36,421 nt of DNA from a virus (taxonomy: Duplodnaviria; Heunggongvirae; Uroviricota; Caudoviricetes): IMG/VR virus record IMGVR_UViG_2718218361_000002; one strand, written 5' to 3'. A model generated the notes under the pieces. The model was not told the origin of the DNA, did not search any database, and was given only the letters and a program-made list of their open reading frames with translations. A program made the position numbers and the translations under genes. Of the stretch, positions 1 through 8,916 are shown in pieces (positions within the stretch are counted from its first letter, which is position 1; every line of letters begins with the position of its first letter).

Positions 1-900
1 TTAACGCAATAATGGACAATCTGGTGGTAATCGACAACGCAACGCCGCCGGAAGTATTTCAATATGAAAGTTTTGTCCGCTCAACGGTTCGCCATCAAGA
101 TTAAAAGTGATTTCGTGTGGGGCTTGTATATCAAACCACGACGAAGCGCCTTCGATAATATTCGGGTTATCTTCGTCAGATTTTAAGGTTGATACGAGAG
201 CCGGAAGAATTTCATCGCCGGTAAAAATGCGCAGTTGCAGCAAGCCATCGTTAATTAACGCGTTCGGACACAATTGCTGACCGCCACCGGCCTGACGCCC
301 GTTACCAATACCAATGACCAGGGCGTCACCTTGCCAGTGAAAGTTTTCACCGCGGATTTCACAACGGTCCGGTTGCAGAGTATCCATGCGCATTAAGCCA
401 TGAATGATGTAAGAGACGCCACCCAGCGCGGCTTTTAATTTTTCCGGCGTTTCTGTGGTAATACGCGTCCCAAATCCGCCTGTCGCCATATTAATAAAAC
501 AGGTTTGTTTGTTGACCTGCGCCATATCTATCGCAATGGCGTTACCGGCAATTGCCAGTTTCAGCGCCTTATCCAGTGCCTCAGGAATCCCTACACTGGT
601 GGCAAAATCATTGGCGGTTCCTAATGGCAAAATTCCCAGCGCGGGTATGTCATCCCCCTCACACTGAATCAACGCCGTAGAAACTTCATTAATGGTGCCA
701 TCGCCACCACCGGCAATCACCGTTGCGACGCCCAACTTCCGGGCCTCCTCTACATATCGTGCGGCATCGCCTTTCTCCCAGGTGACCCGCACATGGATCG
801 TCATTCCTTCCTCACGCAACAGCATAATTGCTTCGCGCAAGGGTAGATTGTCAGTACTTTTGCCATTAAGAATCAGTAAGCTGGCGGGAAATTCTGCCAT
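1..900 (-). CDS. yegS: lipid kinase YegS (diacylglycerol-kinase-like catalytic domain)
   Basis: 299-aa ORF, stop at 1..3 and ATG at 898..900; sequence [15 protein letters not shown]...GGGDGT matches my recollection of E. coli YegS. Confidence 0.9.
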   Translation of the reverse strand: MAEFPASLLILNGKSTDNLPLREAIMLLREEGMTIHVRVTWEKGDAARYVEEARKLGVATVIAGGGDGTINEVSTALIQCEGDDIPALGILPLGTANDFATSVGIPEALDKALKLAIAGNAIAIDMAQVNKQTCFINMATGGFGTRITTETPEKLKAALGGVSYIIHGLMRMDTLQPDRCEIRGENFHWQGDALVIGIGNGRQAGGGQQLCPNALINDGLLQLRIFTGDEILPALVSTLKSDEDNPNIIEGASSWFDIQAPHEITFNLDGEPLSGQNFHIEILPAALRCRLPPDCPLLR

Positions 901-1314
901 GATCGTATGTGCCTTTATGATTGGTCTGTAGATAGTGTAGAGCAGAAAACAAAAGGTGGAGTCAGAACAGGATGAAAGTCGGAGGATAAAAAGTCAGTTC
1001 AAGTATGGAGGATTCAGTGGTTACCACCAGGAGCTTGCAATGGGGACAGCGAATACTAACGGCTGCCACCGATAAATTTCAAAAAAGAGCATATGCCTAA
1101 TATTCAACCAAACAGTGGCATCTTAAATATACTATTCCAAATATATTAAAGCCCCCATGGAGTTACCCTGAAGGGCCTCAATGTCCGTAATTCCTACTTA
1201 TGTAGGAAATGTTGTACAGAACATTTATTATAATCCTATTCAATTATAATAATCATGCCATTATTATATTTAAACACTAGAGAGTGTCGTTGGTATTTAA
1301 TGGGGGAAGGTGAG

Positions 1315-1632
1315 ATGAAAAAGATAGCTGCTATATCATTAATTAGTATTTTTATTATGTCTGGTTGTGCTGTGCATAATGATGAGACAAGTATCGGTAA
1401 ATTTGGTCTTGCATATAAAAGTAATATTCAGCGTAAACTCGATAACCAATACTACACCGAAGCCGAAGCTTCTTTAGCCAGGGGCAGAATATCTGGTGCA
1501 GAAAATATAGTAAAAAATGATGCAGCCCATTTCTGTGTTACTCAGGGCAAAAAAATGCAGATAGTTGACCTGAAGACAGAAGGTGCAGGATTACATGGCG
1601 TCGCTCGTCTGACATTCAAATGTGGAGAGTGA
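1315..1632 (+). CDS. yegR: small lipoprotein-like protein YegR
   Basis: ORF track 1255..1632; I place the start at internal ATG 1315 (MKKIAAISLISIFIMSGCAV, signal peptide with cysteine), preceded by GGGGGAAGGTGAG; 105 aa. Confidence 0.8.
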   Translation: MKKIAAISLISIFIMSGCAVHNDETSIGKFGLAYKSNIQRKLDNQYYTEAEASLARGRISGAENIVKNDAAHFCVTQGKKMQIVDLKTEGAGLHGVARLTFKCGE

Positions 1633-1789
1633 GAATATTTTTTGGTAAGCGTCAAACATGCGCGTTCTGGTTGTGCTTAGCCGGAACCTGTGCGAGCACG
1701 ATGCCGTTACGTGAAAGGCATCGTGCTATGAAGGGAGATTCTATCGATGTGGTCAATGGAAGACGGTGACCAGGGATAGGGCTTATGCA

Positions 1790-1817
1790 TAAAAAATAAG
1801 CCCGTGTAAGGGAGATT
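1790..1817. repeat. attL core (duplicate of the cyaR 3' end)
   Basis: TAAAAAATAAGCCCGTGTAAGGGAGATT, identical to 34888..34915; flanking bases differ on both sides. Confidence 0.85.
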
Positions 1818-1896
1818 TAGGGTGTCACCAGTAGGGGCTTTCAACGGTACAATGCGGGTTTGAGCGGCATAAATTACCACTGAAAGCCCTTAAACG

Positions 1897-2910
1897 TTAC
1901 TCTACTGTGGACACTGTGTGGACACTCTCGGCTTCAGTACCACCTCTTAGCGGATTAAGAGAAATGGCGTCCTGAAGGTACTCTGGCGCAAAATGAGCGT
2001 AAACCATAGTTTGCTCAATCCGCGTGTGACCTAGTATCCGTTGTAGCGTGATAATACTTCCTCCATTAATCATGAAATGAGTGGCAAAGCTGTGCCTTAG
2101 TGCATGTGTGGCTTGCCCCGTTGGCAAATCCGGTTTTATTTCTTTCATTGTTCGTCTGAAGCGAGGGTAATCAGCATCAGGGAATAAAAAACCTCGTTTG
2201 TTATCCGCGATCATTTTGGCAACAGCCTCTGAGATCGGGACGGTGCGTGGTTTGTTTGTTTTCGTTTTAACAAACGTGACGCGGTTATGGATGATATTTT
2301 CTGCTTTCAAACGAGCTGCTTCTCCCCAACGTGCTCCTGTACTCAGGCAAAGAATCGCAATCTTTTTATTGTCGCCGTCAAGTGCTGCAAGCAGTAAGGC
2401 AATTTCTTCCTGTGTGAGATAGCCTGTTTCTGGTTTTTCCTCCTTAAGCCTCTTTGTCCCTCTGATAGGGTGCTCACCAAAGAATAACTCCGCTTCAATC
2501 AGGGCTGTAAACATGCCGCTAATACATGTTAAATCACGATTGATACTCGAAGGTTTAATACCCTGACTTCTTCGGGTGGCGCAGTACTGGCTGATAAGGG
2601 ATTTCGTGATTTGAAATGCGCATGGGTCATTCGTTATTTTTGTGAAGATTTCAATTTTTCCAAGATTAGATTTCCCATGCTCTTCGTGTTTACCCTTTAA
2701 ATCCCACCAGATCTGTGTCAGTTCCGACAGACGTCGTTTGTCTGTTGGTTTTGATAGCCATTCTTTATTGTGGTGGTTGTACAACGTGTATTTTTCGAAA
2801 GCGACAGCTTCGCTTTTCTTATCAAACTTCCTACGGATGCGTTTTCCGTTACGTCCAGTAGGGCGGATGTCCACTTCATATCGACCATCATCGAGTTTTT
2901 TGATTGCCAT
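1897..2910 (-). CDS. int: tyrosine integrase (P2 Int-like)
   Basis: 337-aa ORF; C-terminal HALRHSFATHF...LGHTRIEQTMVYAHF (R-H-R-Y catalytic pattern); immediately inside attL. Confidence 0.95.
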   Translation of the reverse strand: MAIKKLDDGRYEVDIRPTGRNGKRIRRKFDKKSEAVAFEKYTLYNHHNKEWLSKPTDKRRLSELTQIWWDLKGKHEEHGKSNLGKIEIFTKITNDPCAFQITKSLISQYCATRRSQGIKPSSINRDLTCISGMFTALIEAELFFGEHPIRGTKRLKEEKPETGYLTQEEIALLLAALDGDNKKIAILCLSTGARWGEAARLKAENIIHNRVTFVKTKTNKPRTVPISEAVAKMIADNKRGFLFPDADYPRFRRTMKEIKPDLPTGQATHALRHSFATHFMINGGSIITLQRILGHTRIEQTMVYAHFAPEYLQDAISLNPLRGGTEAESVHTVSTVE

Positions 2911-3025
2911 CAGAAAACCCTCCGAGTGGTACTTTTTTTTGCTACTACTAATCGCTTTTTTCGTGGTGGCTGAAATTTAGCCACCAATAGTAGACACTTG
3001 TGATGAATATATTCACGATAAATTG

Positions 3026-3325
3026 TTAACCAGTCTTTTGACCGGAGTGGGGCGACGTTGTTTCGTTTTGCCCAAAGTGTGCGAGAGCGGGCGCAATTTG
3101 CCCGGCTTCTGGAGCTACCTGATCAGTCATGAACCACAAAGTATATTTAGTAAATCTGGGATGTTGTAAGACCTTCATTATGGCTTCAACTCCAGCGTTT
3201 TTTGACCGGCTCTCATAGCTCGAAAGTGAGCTGTAGGCTACACCAGTTAATTCACTGAATTCTTTACGGTTTAACCTTTCAGATTCACGGATTAGCTTCA
3301 ACTTCTCCGAAACGTCTATTGACAT
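3026..3325 (-). CDS. C: immunity repressor C (HTH)
   Basis: ORF track 3026..3397; start chosen at internal ATG (plus-strand CAT 3323..3325), giving 99 aa; C-terminal TKYTLWFMT...QIAPALAHFGQNETTSPHSGQKTG as in P2 C; N-terminal DNA-binding part looks divergent. Confidence 0.8.
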   Translation of the reverse strand: MSIDVSEKLKLIRESERLNRKEFSELTGVAYSSLSSYESRSKNAGVEAIMKVLQHPRFTKYTLWFMTDQVAPEAGQIAPALAHFGQNETTSPHSGQKTG

Positions 3326-3402
3326 AATTACTCCGATTGCGTAATTTCTTGCTGATGGTGTGAAATGTTGTGCTTCTGGAGTTATCCTTTTAGGCAATAA
3401 TT

Positions 3403-3421
3403 AGCCATTAGGAGCCATTAG
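3403..3421. promoter_or_regulatory. candidate operator: tandem direct repeat AGCCATTAG x2, 10 bp centre to centre
   Basis: AGCCATTAG at 3403..3411 and 3413..3421 in the C-cox divergent intergenic region; P2-type repressors bind direct repeats at the early promoter. Confidence 0.4.
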
Positions 3422-3446
3422 AAGCACTAAGGGAGAATCGTAGCAG

Positions 3447-3722
3447 ATGAATAGACAGCTTGTAAGCGTGACTGATGCCGTGCCTTATCAGGAGTTTGCA
3501 AAACTCATTGGTAAAACTCCAAGAGCTGTAAGGGGTATGATTGAGAAAGGGAAATTACCAGTTATTGAGATTACTGACCCTCAGTCAGTATCGGGGCGTG
3601 CTGGTGAATATTGGGTATACCTTCCGGCATGGAATAACGGACTAAAACTGGCTTATGAAAGCCGTCCTAAAGAGATTCGTGACGGCTGGTTGATGTGGTT
3701 AGGTCTCGGTGAACCACGTTAA
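3447..3722 (+). CDS. cox: Cox excisionase / early-promoter repressor
   Basis: 91 aa; ...PYQEFAKLIGK...GKLPVI...GRAGEYWVYLPAWNNGLKLAYESRPKEIRDGWLMWLGLGEPR; SD AAGGGAGA upstream. Confidence 0.85.
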   Translation: MNRQLVSVTDAVPYQEFAKLIGKTPRAVRGMIEKGKLPVIEITDPQSVSGRAGEYWVYLPAWNNGLKLAYESRPKEIRDGWLMWLGLGEPR

Positions 3723-3732
3723 GGAGAACCGT

Positions 3733-3903
3733 ATGAATGAGCCTCGTTGTATTGCTCAGTTATTGCGTAACGAAAGCCCCAGGGCGATTGACTTCACCAT
3801 CACCCACGGTAAGGGGCGTAAGGGAATCATTATCCGCACCAAAAAACAGAGTCCGTTAAAAAAGGCTCTGACCTTTCTGAAAAGCCGGAGGGTCTGGAAA
3901 TGA
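3733..3903 (+). CDS. small hypothetical protein (P2 orf78 position)
   Basis: ORF track 3709..3903; internal ATG 3733 is preceded by AAGGAG; basic 56-aa product. Confidence 0.45.
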   Translation: MNEPRCIAQLLRNESPRAIDFTITHGKGRKGIIIRTKKQSPLKKALTFLKSRRVWK

Positions 3904-4400
3904 CAGTGATGACGCTCAATCTCGTTGAAAAACAGCCAGCAGCTATGCGCCGGATAATTGGTAAGCATCTTGCCGTTCCTCGCTGGCAGGATACATGTGA
4001 TTATTATAATCAGATGATGGAGCGCGAACGGTTAACGGTTTGCTTCCATGCGCAGTTAAAACAGCGTCACGCAACGATGCGTTTTGAAGAAATGAACGAC
4101 GTCGAACGTGAACGGCTGGTTTGTGCAATTGATGAATTGCGTGGAGCATTCTCAAAACGCCGTCAGGTTGGCGCAAGTGAGTATGCATATATTAGTTTTT
4201 TAACAGTCAGTCAGCGTCGTACTTTATTTATGCATGCCGGATTGACTGAAAAAGAATTCAACCAGCCATACTGGCGAATTAATGAAGAATCATGTTACTG
4301 GCGTGATGCTTTATTCCGTGCATTACGTGAATTATTCAGCCTGTTTGAGTATGCACCGACAATTCTGACGTCGGTAAAACCAGAGCAATATCTGCATTAA
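3900..4400 (+). CDS. B: replication protein B (helicase-loader-like)
   Basis: 166 aa; MTVMTLNLVEKQPAAMRRIIGKHLAVPRWQ... matches recalled P2 gpB. Confidence 0.9.
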   Translation: MTVMTLNLVEKQPAAMRRIIGKHLAVPRWQDTCDYYNQMMERERLTVCFHAQLKQRHATMRFEEMNDVERERLVCAIDELRGAFSKRRQVGASEYAYISFLTVSQRRTLFMHAGLTEKEFNQPYWRINEESCYWRDALFRALRELFSLFEYAPTILTSVKPEQYLH

Positions 4401-4463
4401 ATAATTAACCAGAGTTTTTAACGCACTTAATCGTGCGGGGCTTCTTTTTGCCTGGAGAAAGTC

Positions 4464-4688
4464 ATGCATACAGTTTCTGAAAATCAGTGCGGTAAATACG
4501 CATTACTGCTGCAACAGGCCAGAACCGAAGCACAGGCTGACGCTGCGACGCGCTTTTCTTCTCATCTTGACACCATGATTCGCCACATCACAAAGGCGGA
4601 GTTATCCCGCGTGGAGATAGTCGAGCTGCTCAGTCAGGAGTCGGAAAAATTTCACAATATCGGATTGTCTCGCGGGGAGGTGCTTTGA
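4464..4688 (+). CDS. hypothetical early protein (P2 orf80 position)
   Basis: 74-aa ORF in the early operon, in synteny. Confidence 0.6.
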   Translation: MHTVSENQCGKYALLLQQARTEAQADAATRFSSHLDTMIRHITKAELSRVEIVELLSQESEKFHNIGLSRGEVL

Positions 4689-4990
4689 TGTCCTGTTCTC
4701 ATTCAGTTGTATTACTGAATAACGCCTTAAAAATCGCCGTTATGAAAAATGGCGATTTGTCTCTTATTCAACTTTGTCTTGATAAAGAAAAACGCGACAT
4801 CACTGAATCTGTTATCGCGATTTATCAGAATGAATTAAACCTCCTGTCTGATGTGGTCAATTTACTTGTTAAACGCGCTGTATTTCACAAGCAAATCTCC
4901 TCCGTGGATGAACTGACGAAATTAACGACAGAAATTGCCAGCTATTGCGCTGATGAATTTAAAAAACTTAACGACAAAAGGAGCTGGTAA
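4685..4990 (+). CDS. hypothetical early protein (P2 orf81 position)
   Basis: 101-aa ORF overlapping the upstream stop by 4 nt (coupled). Confidence 0.6.
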   Translation: MMSCSHSVVLLNNALKIAVMKNGDLSLIQLCLDKEKRDITESVIAIYQNELNLLSDVVNLLVKRAVFHKQISSVDELTKLTTEIASYCADEFKKLNDKRSW

Positions 4991-5214
4991 TGCCGGACAA
5001 CGTAGATTTTATTCAGGAACAACAGGCTGAATTACTGGAGCGTCAGATTAACGCGGCAAGGGTAAAACATTGCGGTGCTTCTGCGTTGGTTTGCGAAGAG
5101 TGTGACGCGCCAATACCTGCTGCCCGTCGTGCGGCTTATCCGTCAGCCACGCGTTGTGTTTCCTGCCAGTCAGTCTTTGAAGCAAAAAACAAACATTACC
5201 GGAGAACGGCATGA
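4990..5214 (+). CDS. DksA/TraR-type C4 zinc-finger protein (P2 orf82 position)
   Basis: 74 aa; C-x2-C...C-x2-C (CEECDAPIP...RCVSCQ). Confidence 0.65.
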   Translation: MPDNVDFIQEQQAELLERQINAARVKHCGASALVCEECDAPIPAARRAAYPSATRCVSCQSVFEAKNKHYRRTA

Positions 5215-5486
5215 GTATTCGTATTGAAATTGGCGAACGTTATGTCGTTACCAGTGACAGCTTTCAGTTTATTCTCCACGAGAAAAAGAGAGCGGAAAGC
5301 GGTAAAAACGCCGGTCAGGAATGGCTGGCGGTGGTTGGTTATTATCCGAAATTAAGCCAGCTCGTTTCCGGCCTGATGCATCACGATATTCTGACCGGAA
5401 GCGCAAAGTCTTTTGCTGATTTAAACGCGCAGGTTGAGCAACTCAGCAGGCGTTGTTCAGAGGCTTTTGGCTCATATGGCCGTTAA
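5211..5486 (+). CDS. hypothetical early protein (P2 orf83 position)
   Basis: 91-aa ORF, overlaps the A start. Confidence 0.6.
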   Translation: MSIRIEIGERYVVTSDSFQFILHEKKRAESGKNAGQEWLAVVGYYPKLSQLVSGLMHHDILTGSAKSFADLNAQVEQLSRRCSEAFGSYGR

Positions 5487-7752
5487 AGCCTCCGGGCGTT
5501 TTGTCCCTCCGTCAGCATTTGCCGCAGGCACCGGTAAGGCGTTTACCGGTGCTTATGCATGGAACGCGCCACGCGAGGCTGTCGGGCGCGAAAGACCCCT
5601 TACACGTGACGAGATGCGTCAGGTGCAAGGGGTTTTATCCACGATTAACCGTCTGCCTTACTTTTTGCGCTCGCTGTTTACTTCACGCTATGACTACATC
5701 CGGCGCAATAAAAGCCCGGTGCACGGGTTTTATTTCCTCACATCCACTTTTCAGCGTCGTTTATGGCCGCGCATTGAGCGTGTGAATCAGCGCCATGAAA
5801 TGAACACCGACGCGTCGTTGCTGTTTCTGGCAGAGCGCGACCAGTATGCGCGCCTGCCGGGGATGAATGACAAGGAGCTGAAAAAGTTTGCTGCCCGTAT
5901 CTCATCGCAGCTTTTCATGATGTATGAGGAACTCTGCGATGCCTGGGTGGATGCACATGGCGAAAAAGAATCGCTGTTTACGGATGAGGCGCAGGCTCAC
6001 CTCTATGGTCATGTTGCTGGCGCTGCACGTGCTTTCAATATTTCCCCGCTTTACTGGAAAAAATACCGTAAAGGGCAGATGACCACGAGGCAGGCATATT
6101 CTGCCATTGCCCGCCTGTTTAACGATGAGTGGTGGACTCATCAGCTTAAAGGCCAGCGTATGCGCTGGCATGAGGCGTTACTGATTGCTGTCGGGGAGGT
6201 CAATAAAGACCGTTCTCCTTATGCCAGTAAACATGCCATTCGTGATGTGCGTGCGCGCCGCCAGGCAAATCTGGAATTTCTTAAATCGTGTGACCTTGAA
6301 AACAGGGAAACCGGCGAGCGCATCGACCTTATCAGTAAGGTGATGGGCAGTATTTCTAATCCTGAAATTCGCCGGATGGAGCTGATGAACACCATTGCCG
6401 GTATTGAGCGTTACGCCGCCGCAGAGGGTGATGTGGGGATGTTTATCACGCTGACCGCGCCGTCAAAGTATCACCCGACACGTCAGGTCAGAAAAGGCGA
6501 AAGTAAAACCGTTCAGCTTAATCACGGCTGGAACGATGAGGCATTTAATCCAAAGGATGCGCAGCGTTATCTCTGCCGCATCTGGAGCCTGATGCGCACG
6601 GCATTCAAGGATAATGATTTACAGGTCTACGGTTTGCGTGTCGTCGAGCCACACCACGACGGAACGCCGCACTGGCATATGATGCTTTTTTGTAATCCAC
6701 GCCAGCGTAACCAGATTATTGAAATCATGCGTCGTTATGCGCTCAAAGAGGATGGCGACGAAAGAGGAGCCGCGCGAAACCGTTTTCAGGCAAAACACCT
6801 TAACCGGGGCGGTGCTGCGGGATATATCGCGAAATACATCTCAAAAAATATCGACGGCTATGCACTGGATGGTCAGCTCGATAACGATACCGGCAGACCG
6901 CTGAAAGACACTGCTGCGGCTGTTACCGCATGGGCGTCAACGTGGCGTATCCCGCAATTTAAAACGGTTGGCCTGCCGACAATGGGGGCTTACCGTGAAC
7001 TACGCAAACTGCCTCGCGGCGTCAGCATTGCTGATGAGTTTGACGAACGCGTCGAGGCTGTACGCGCCGCCGCAGACAGTGGTGATTTTGCGTTGTATAT
7101 CAGCGCGCAGGGTGGGGCAAATGTCCCGCGCGATTGTCAGACTGTCAGGGTTGCCCGTAGCCCGTCGGATGACGTTAACGAGTACGAGGAAGAAGTCGAG
7201 AGAGTGGTCGGCATTTACGCACCGCATCTCGGCGCGCGTCATATTCATATCACCAGAACCACGGACTGGCGCATTGTGCCGAAAGTGCCGGTCGTTGAGC
7301 CTTTGACTTTAAAAAGCGGCATCGCCGCGCCTCGGAGTCCTGTCAATAACTGTGGAAAGCTCACCGGTGGTGATACTTCGTTACCGGCTCCCACACCTTC
7401 TGAGCGCGCCGCAGCCGTGCTTAATCTGGTTGATGACGGTGTTATCGAATGGAATGACCCGGAGGTCGTGAGGGCGCTCAGGGGCGCATTAAAACACGGC
7501 CTGAGAACACCAAACCGTCAGCAAAGAAACGGAAGCCCGTTAAAACCGAATGAAATAGCGCCATCGGCCAGGCTGACCCGGTCGGAGCGTATGCAAATTA
7601 CCCGTATCCGTGTTGACCTTGCTCAGAACGGCATCTGGCCTCAGCGATGGGAACTTGAGGCGCTGGCGCGTGGAGCAACCGTAAATTATGACGGAAAAAA
7701 ATTCACGTATCTGGTCGCTGATGTGTGGCCGGGGTTCTCGTTACCCATTTGA
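5476..7752 (+). CDS. A: replication initiation protein A (rolling-circle nickase)
   Basis: ORF track 5434..7752; start placed at ATG 5476 (MAVKASGRFVPP...); ~758 aa; contains HWHMMLF (HUH-type motif) and tyrosine-rich GYIAKYISKNIDGY. Confidence 0.9.
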   Translation: MAVKASGRFVPPSAFAAGTGKAFTGAYAWNAPREAVGRERPLTRDEMRQVQGVLSTINRLPYFLRSLFTSRYDYIRRNKSPVHGFYFLTSTFQRRLWPRIERVNQRHEMNTDASLLFLAERDQYARLPGMNDKELKKFAARISSQLFMMYEELCDAWVDAHGEKESLFTDEAQAHLYGHVAGAARAFNISPLYWKKYRKGQMTTRQAYSAIARLFNDEWWTHQLKGQRMRWHEALLIAVGEVNKDRSPYASKHAIRDVRARRQANLEFLKSCDLENRETGERIDLISKVMGSISNPEIRRMELMNTIAGIERYAAAEGDVGMFITLTAPSKYHPTRQVRKGESKTVQLNHGWNDEAFNPKDAQRYLCRIWSLMRTAFKDNDLQVYGLRVVEPHHDGTPHWHMMLFCNPRQRNQIIEIMRRYALKEDGDERGAARNRFQAKHLNRGGAAGYIAKYISKNIDGYALDGQLDNDTGRPLKDTAAAVTAWASTWRIPQFKTVGLPTMGAYRELRKLPRGVSIADEFDERVEAVRAAADSGDFALYISAQGGANVPRDCQTVRVARSPSDDVNEYEEEVERVVGIYAPHLGARHIHITRTTDWRIVPKVPVVEPLTLKSGIAAPRSPVNNCGKLTGGDTSLPAPTPSERAAAVLNLVDDGVIEWNDPEVVRALRGALKHGLRTPNRQQRNGSPLKPNEIAPSARLTRSERMQITRIRVDLAQNGIWPQRWELEALARGATVNYDGKKFTYLVADVWPGFSLPI

Positions 7753-8012
7753 GTAAAAACACAACGTGATTTGATATGGCATTGAATGGCTTATGCGGAG
7801 CAGTTATGGGGCAGCAGAAGGTCAATAGCATGCTGAATTAGAAGGCTAAATGCTATTGAGTGACTAGCATGTCGGTAAGGACAGCCGTTTGATCCGGGTC
7901 ATAAAAGGCCATCCATTTAGTCTAATAAAATCATTGCGGGTAACCTTATGTCGACGCATAATTCGTCTTGAGCGAAGTCTTGTCAGTCTTTCATCGTATT
8001 GATGATGGGCGC

Positions 8013-8042
8013 AAAAAAACCACCCTGGCAGGTGGTTTTTTT
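8013..8042. terminator. bidirectional rho-independent terminator
   Basis: AAAAAAA-CCACC-ctggca-GGTGG-TTTTTTT; A-run upstream and T-run downstream. Confidence 0.7.
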
Positions 8043-8054
8043 GTTTGAAGCATA

Positions 8055-8168
8055 TTAAAGCATAATGCTGACATTGATATTACTGACGTTTACTGACAAA
8101 CCACTCGGACTACCGTTTGGATAGCCAAAGAGGGCCAGAACGAGAATGCAGTAATAGCATTTCTTCAT
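8055..8168 (-). CDS. small hydrophobic peptide (37 aa), candidate membrane peptide
   Basis: MKKCYYCILVLALFGYPNGSPSGLSVNVSNINVSIML; AGGAGG SD 5 nt before the ATG (plus-strand CAT 8166..8168); ends just before terminator 8013..8042; longer 88-aa reading exists but lacks an RBS. Confidence 0.3.
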   Translation of the reverse strand: MKKCYYCILVLALFGYPNGSPSGLSVNVSNINVSIML

Positions 8169-8646
8169 ATTGCCTCCTGTAAGTAGAGGGCAACTTCCAC
8201 CGGTATATGCGCTTGTTAGGTGGAATGACTTTTGAGCGAAGTCTTGCCCTGAAATAATGCTCTGTTTAAACGCAAAGTGATTTGGCATATCACCGAACAG
8301 AGAGCCGGAAAAACACAACATATAGTATGTCGTTGTTTCTAGACATACATTCTATGTTGTGTAACAAGGGCTTTGCATTAAACATGTTTGAGATTTTATT
8401 GATGTAGCTCAAAGTAAAAAACAGAGACTACGGATGATAAGGTCTTGAAAGCAATGTAAATTTTTTAAAGTTGCCAATTGCTTAAAAATGTACAGTTGCG
8501 GTATGGCGTACTTAAAAAGCTATGCATGCAACAAGTGAATGTTTTTGCATGCGCTGGGGATGTCCGTTCAGGCTGCGTGCGGTCAGGACTGGTGCGGATC
8601 CATAGTATCTATGCAACTGCATTAAAACCGCCCCGTGAAGCGGGCG

Positions 8647-8665
8647 GGCGAGGCGGGGAAAGCAC
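8647..8665. other. cos site (19-nt cohesive-end sequence)
   Basis: GGCGAGGCGGGGAAAGCAC, which I recall as the P2 cohesive-end sequence, in a GC-rich island inside AT-rich DNA. Confidence 0.7.
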
Positions 8666-8916
8666 CGCGCTCATGCAATGTGAAAATGTAATACCGATAG
8701 ACTTACCGTTTCAGAGTTAGGATGTTCATCATATTGAAGTAACATACGAGAGATTCAGCAGAGCGCAACAAGTTTGAGAAAACAGTCCATATATCTTAAC
8801 CTATTAGGACTGACGGAAAATGAAGCACTATTCTTCGTGGTTATTTAGTATAGTATTGACTTTTCAACACGATCAATGGTTTGATCAGTTCGTATGTAAT
8901 TGATTAAGGAAACTCA

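Noticed and set aside
1255-1314. N-terminal extension of yegR (MPLLYLNTRECRWYLMGEGE)
   Set aside because: The internal ATG at 1315 has an SD-like GGGGGAAGGTGAG and yields a classic signal peptide; the extension has neither.
1633-1897. tRNA gene as the integration target
   Set aside because: No cloverleaf-like sequence flanks either att copy; the target is the sRNA cyaR, whose full sequence is recognisable at 34889..34975.
3709-3732. Upstream start for the orf78-position ORF, overlapping the cox stop
   Set aside because: ATG 3733 has a canonical AAGGAG SD; the 3709 start does not.
8478-8720. 80-aa plus-strand ORF in the A-Q interval
   Set aside because: It runs straight through the GC-rich cos sequence (8647..8665), has no RBS, and its Gly/Arg-rich translation looks like an artefact of cos DNA.
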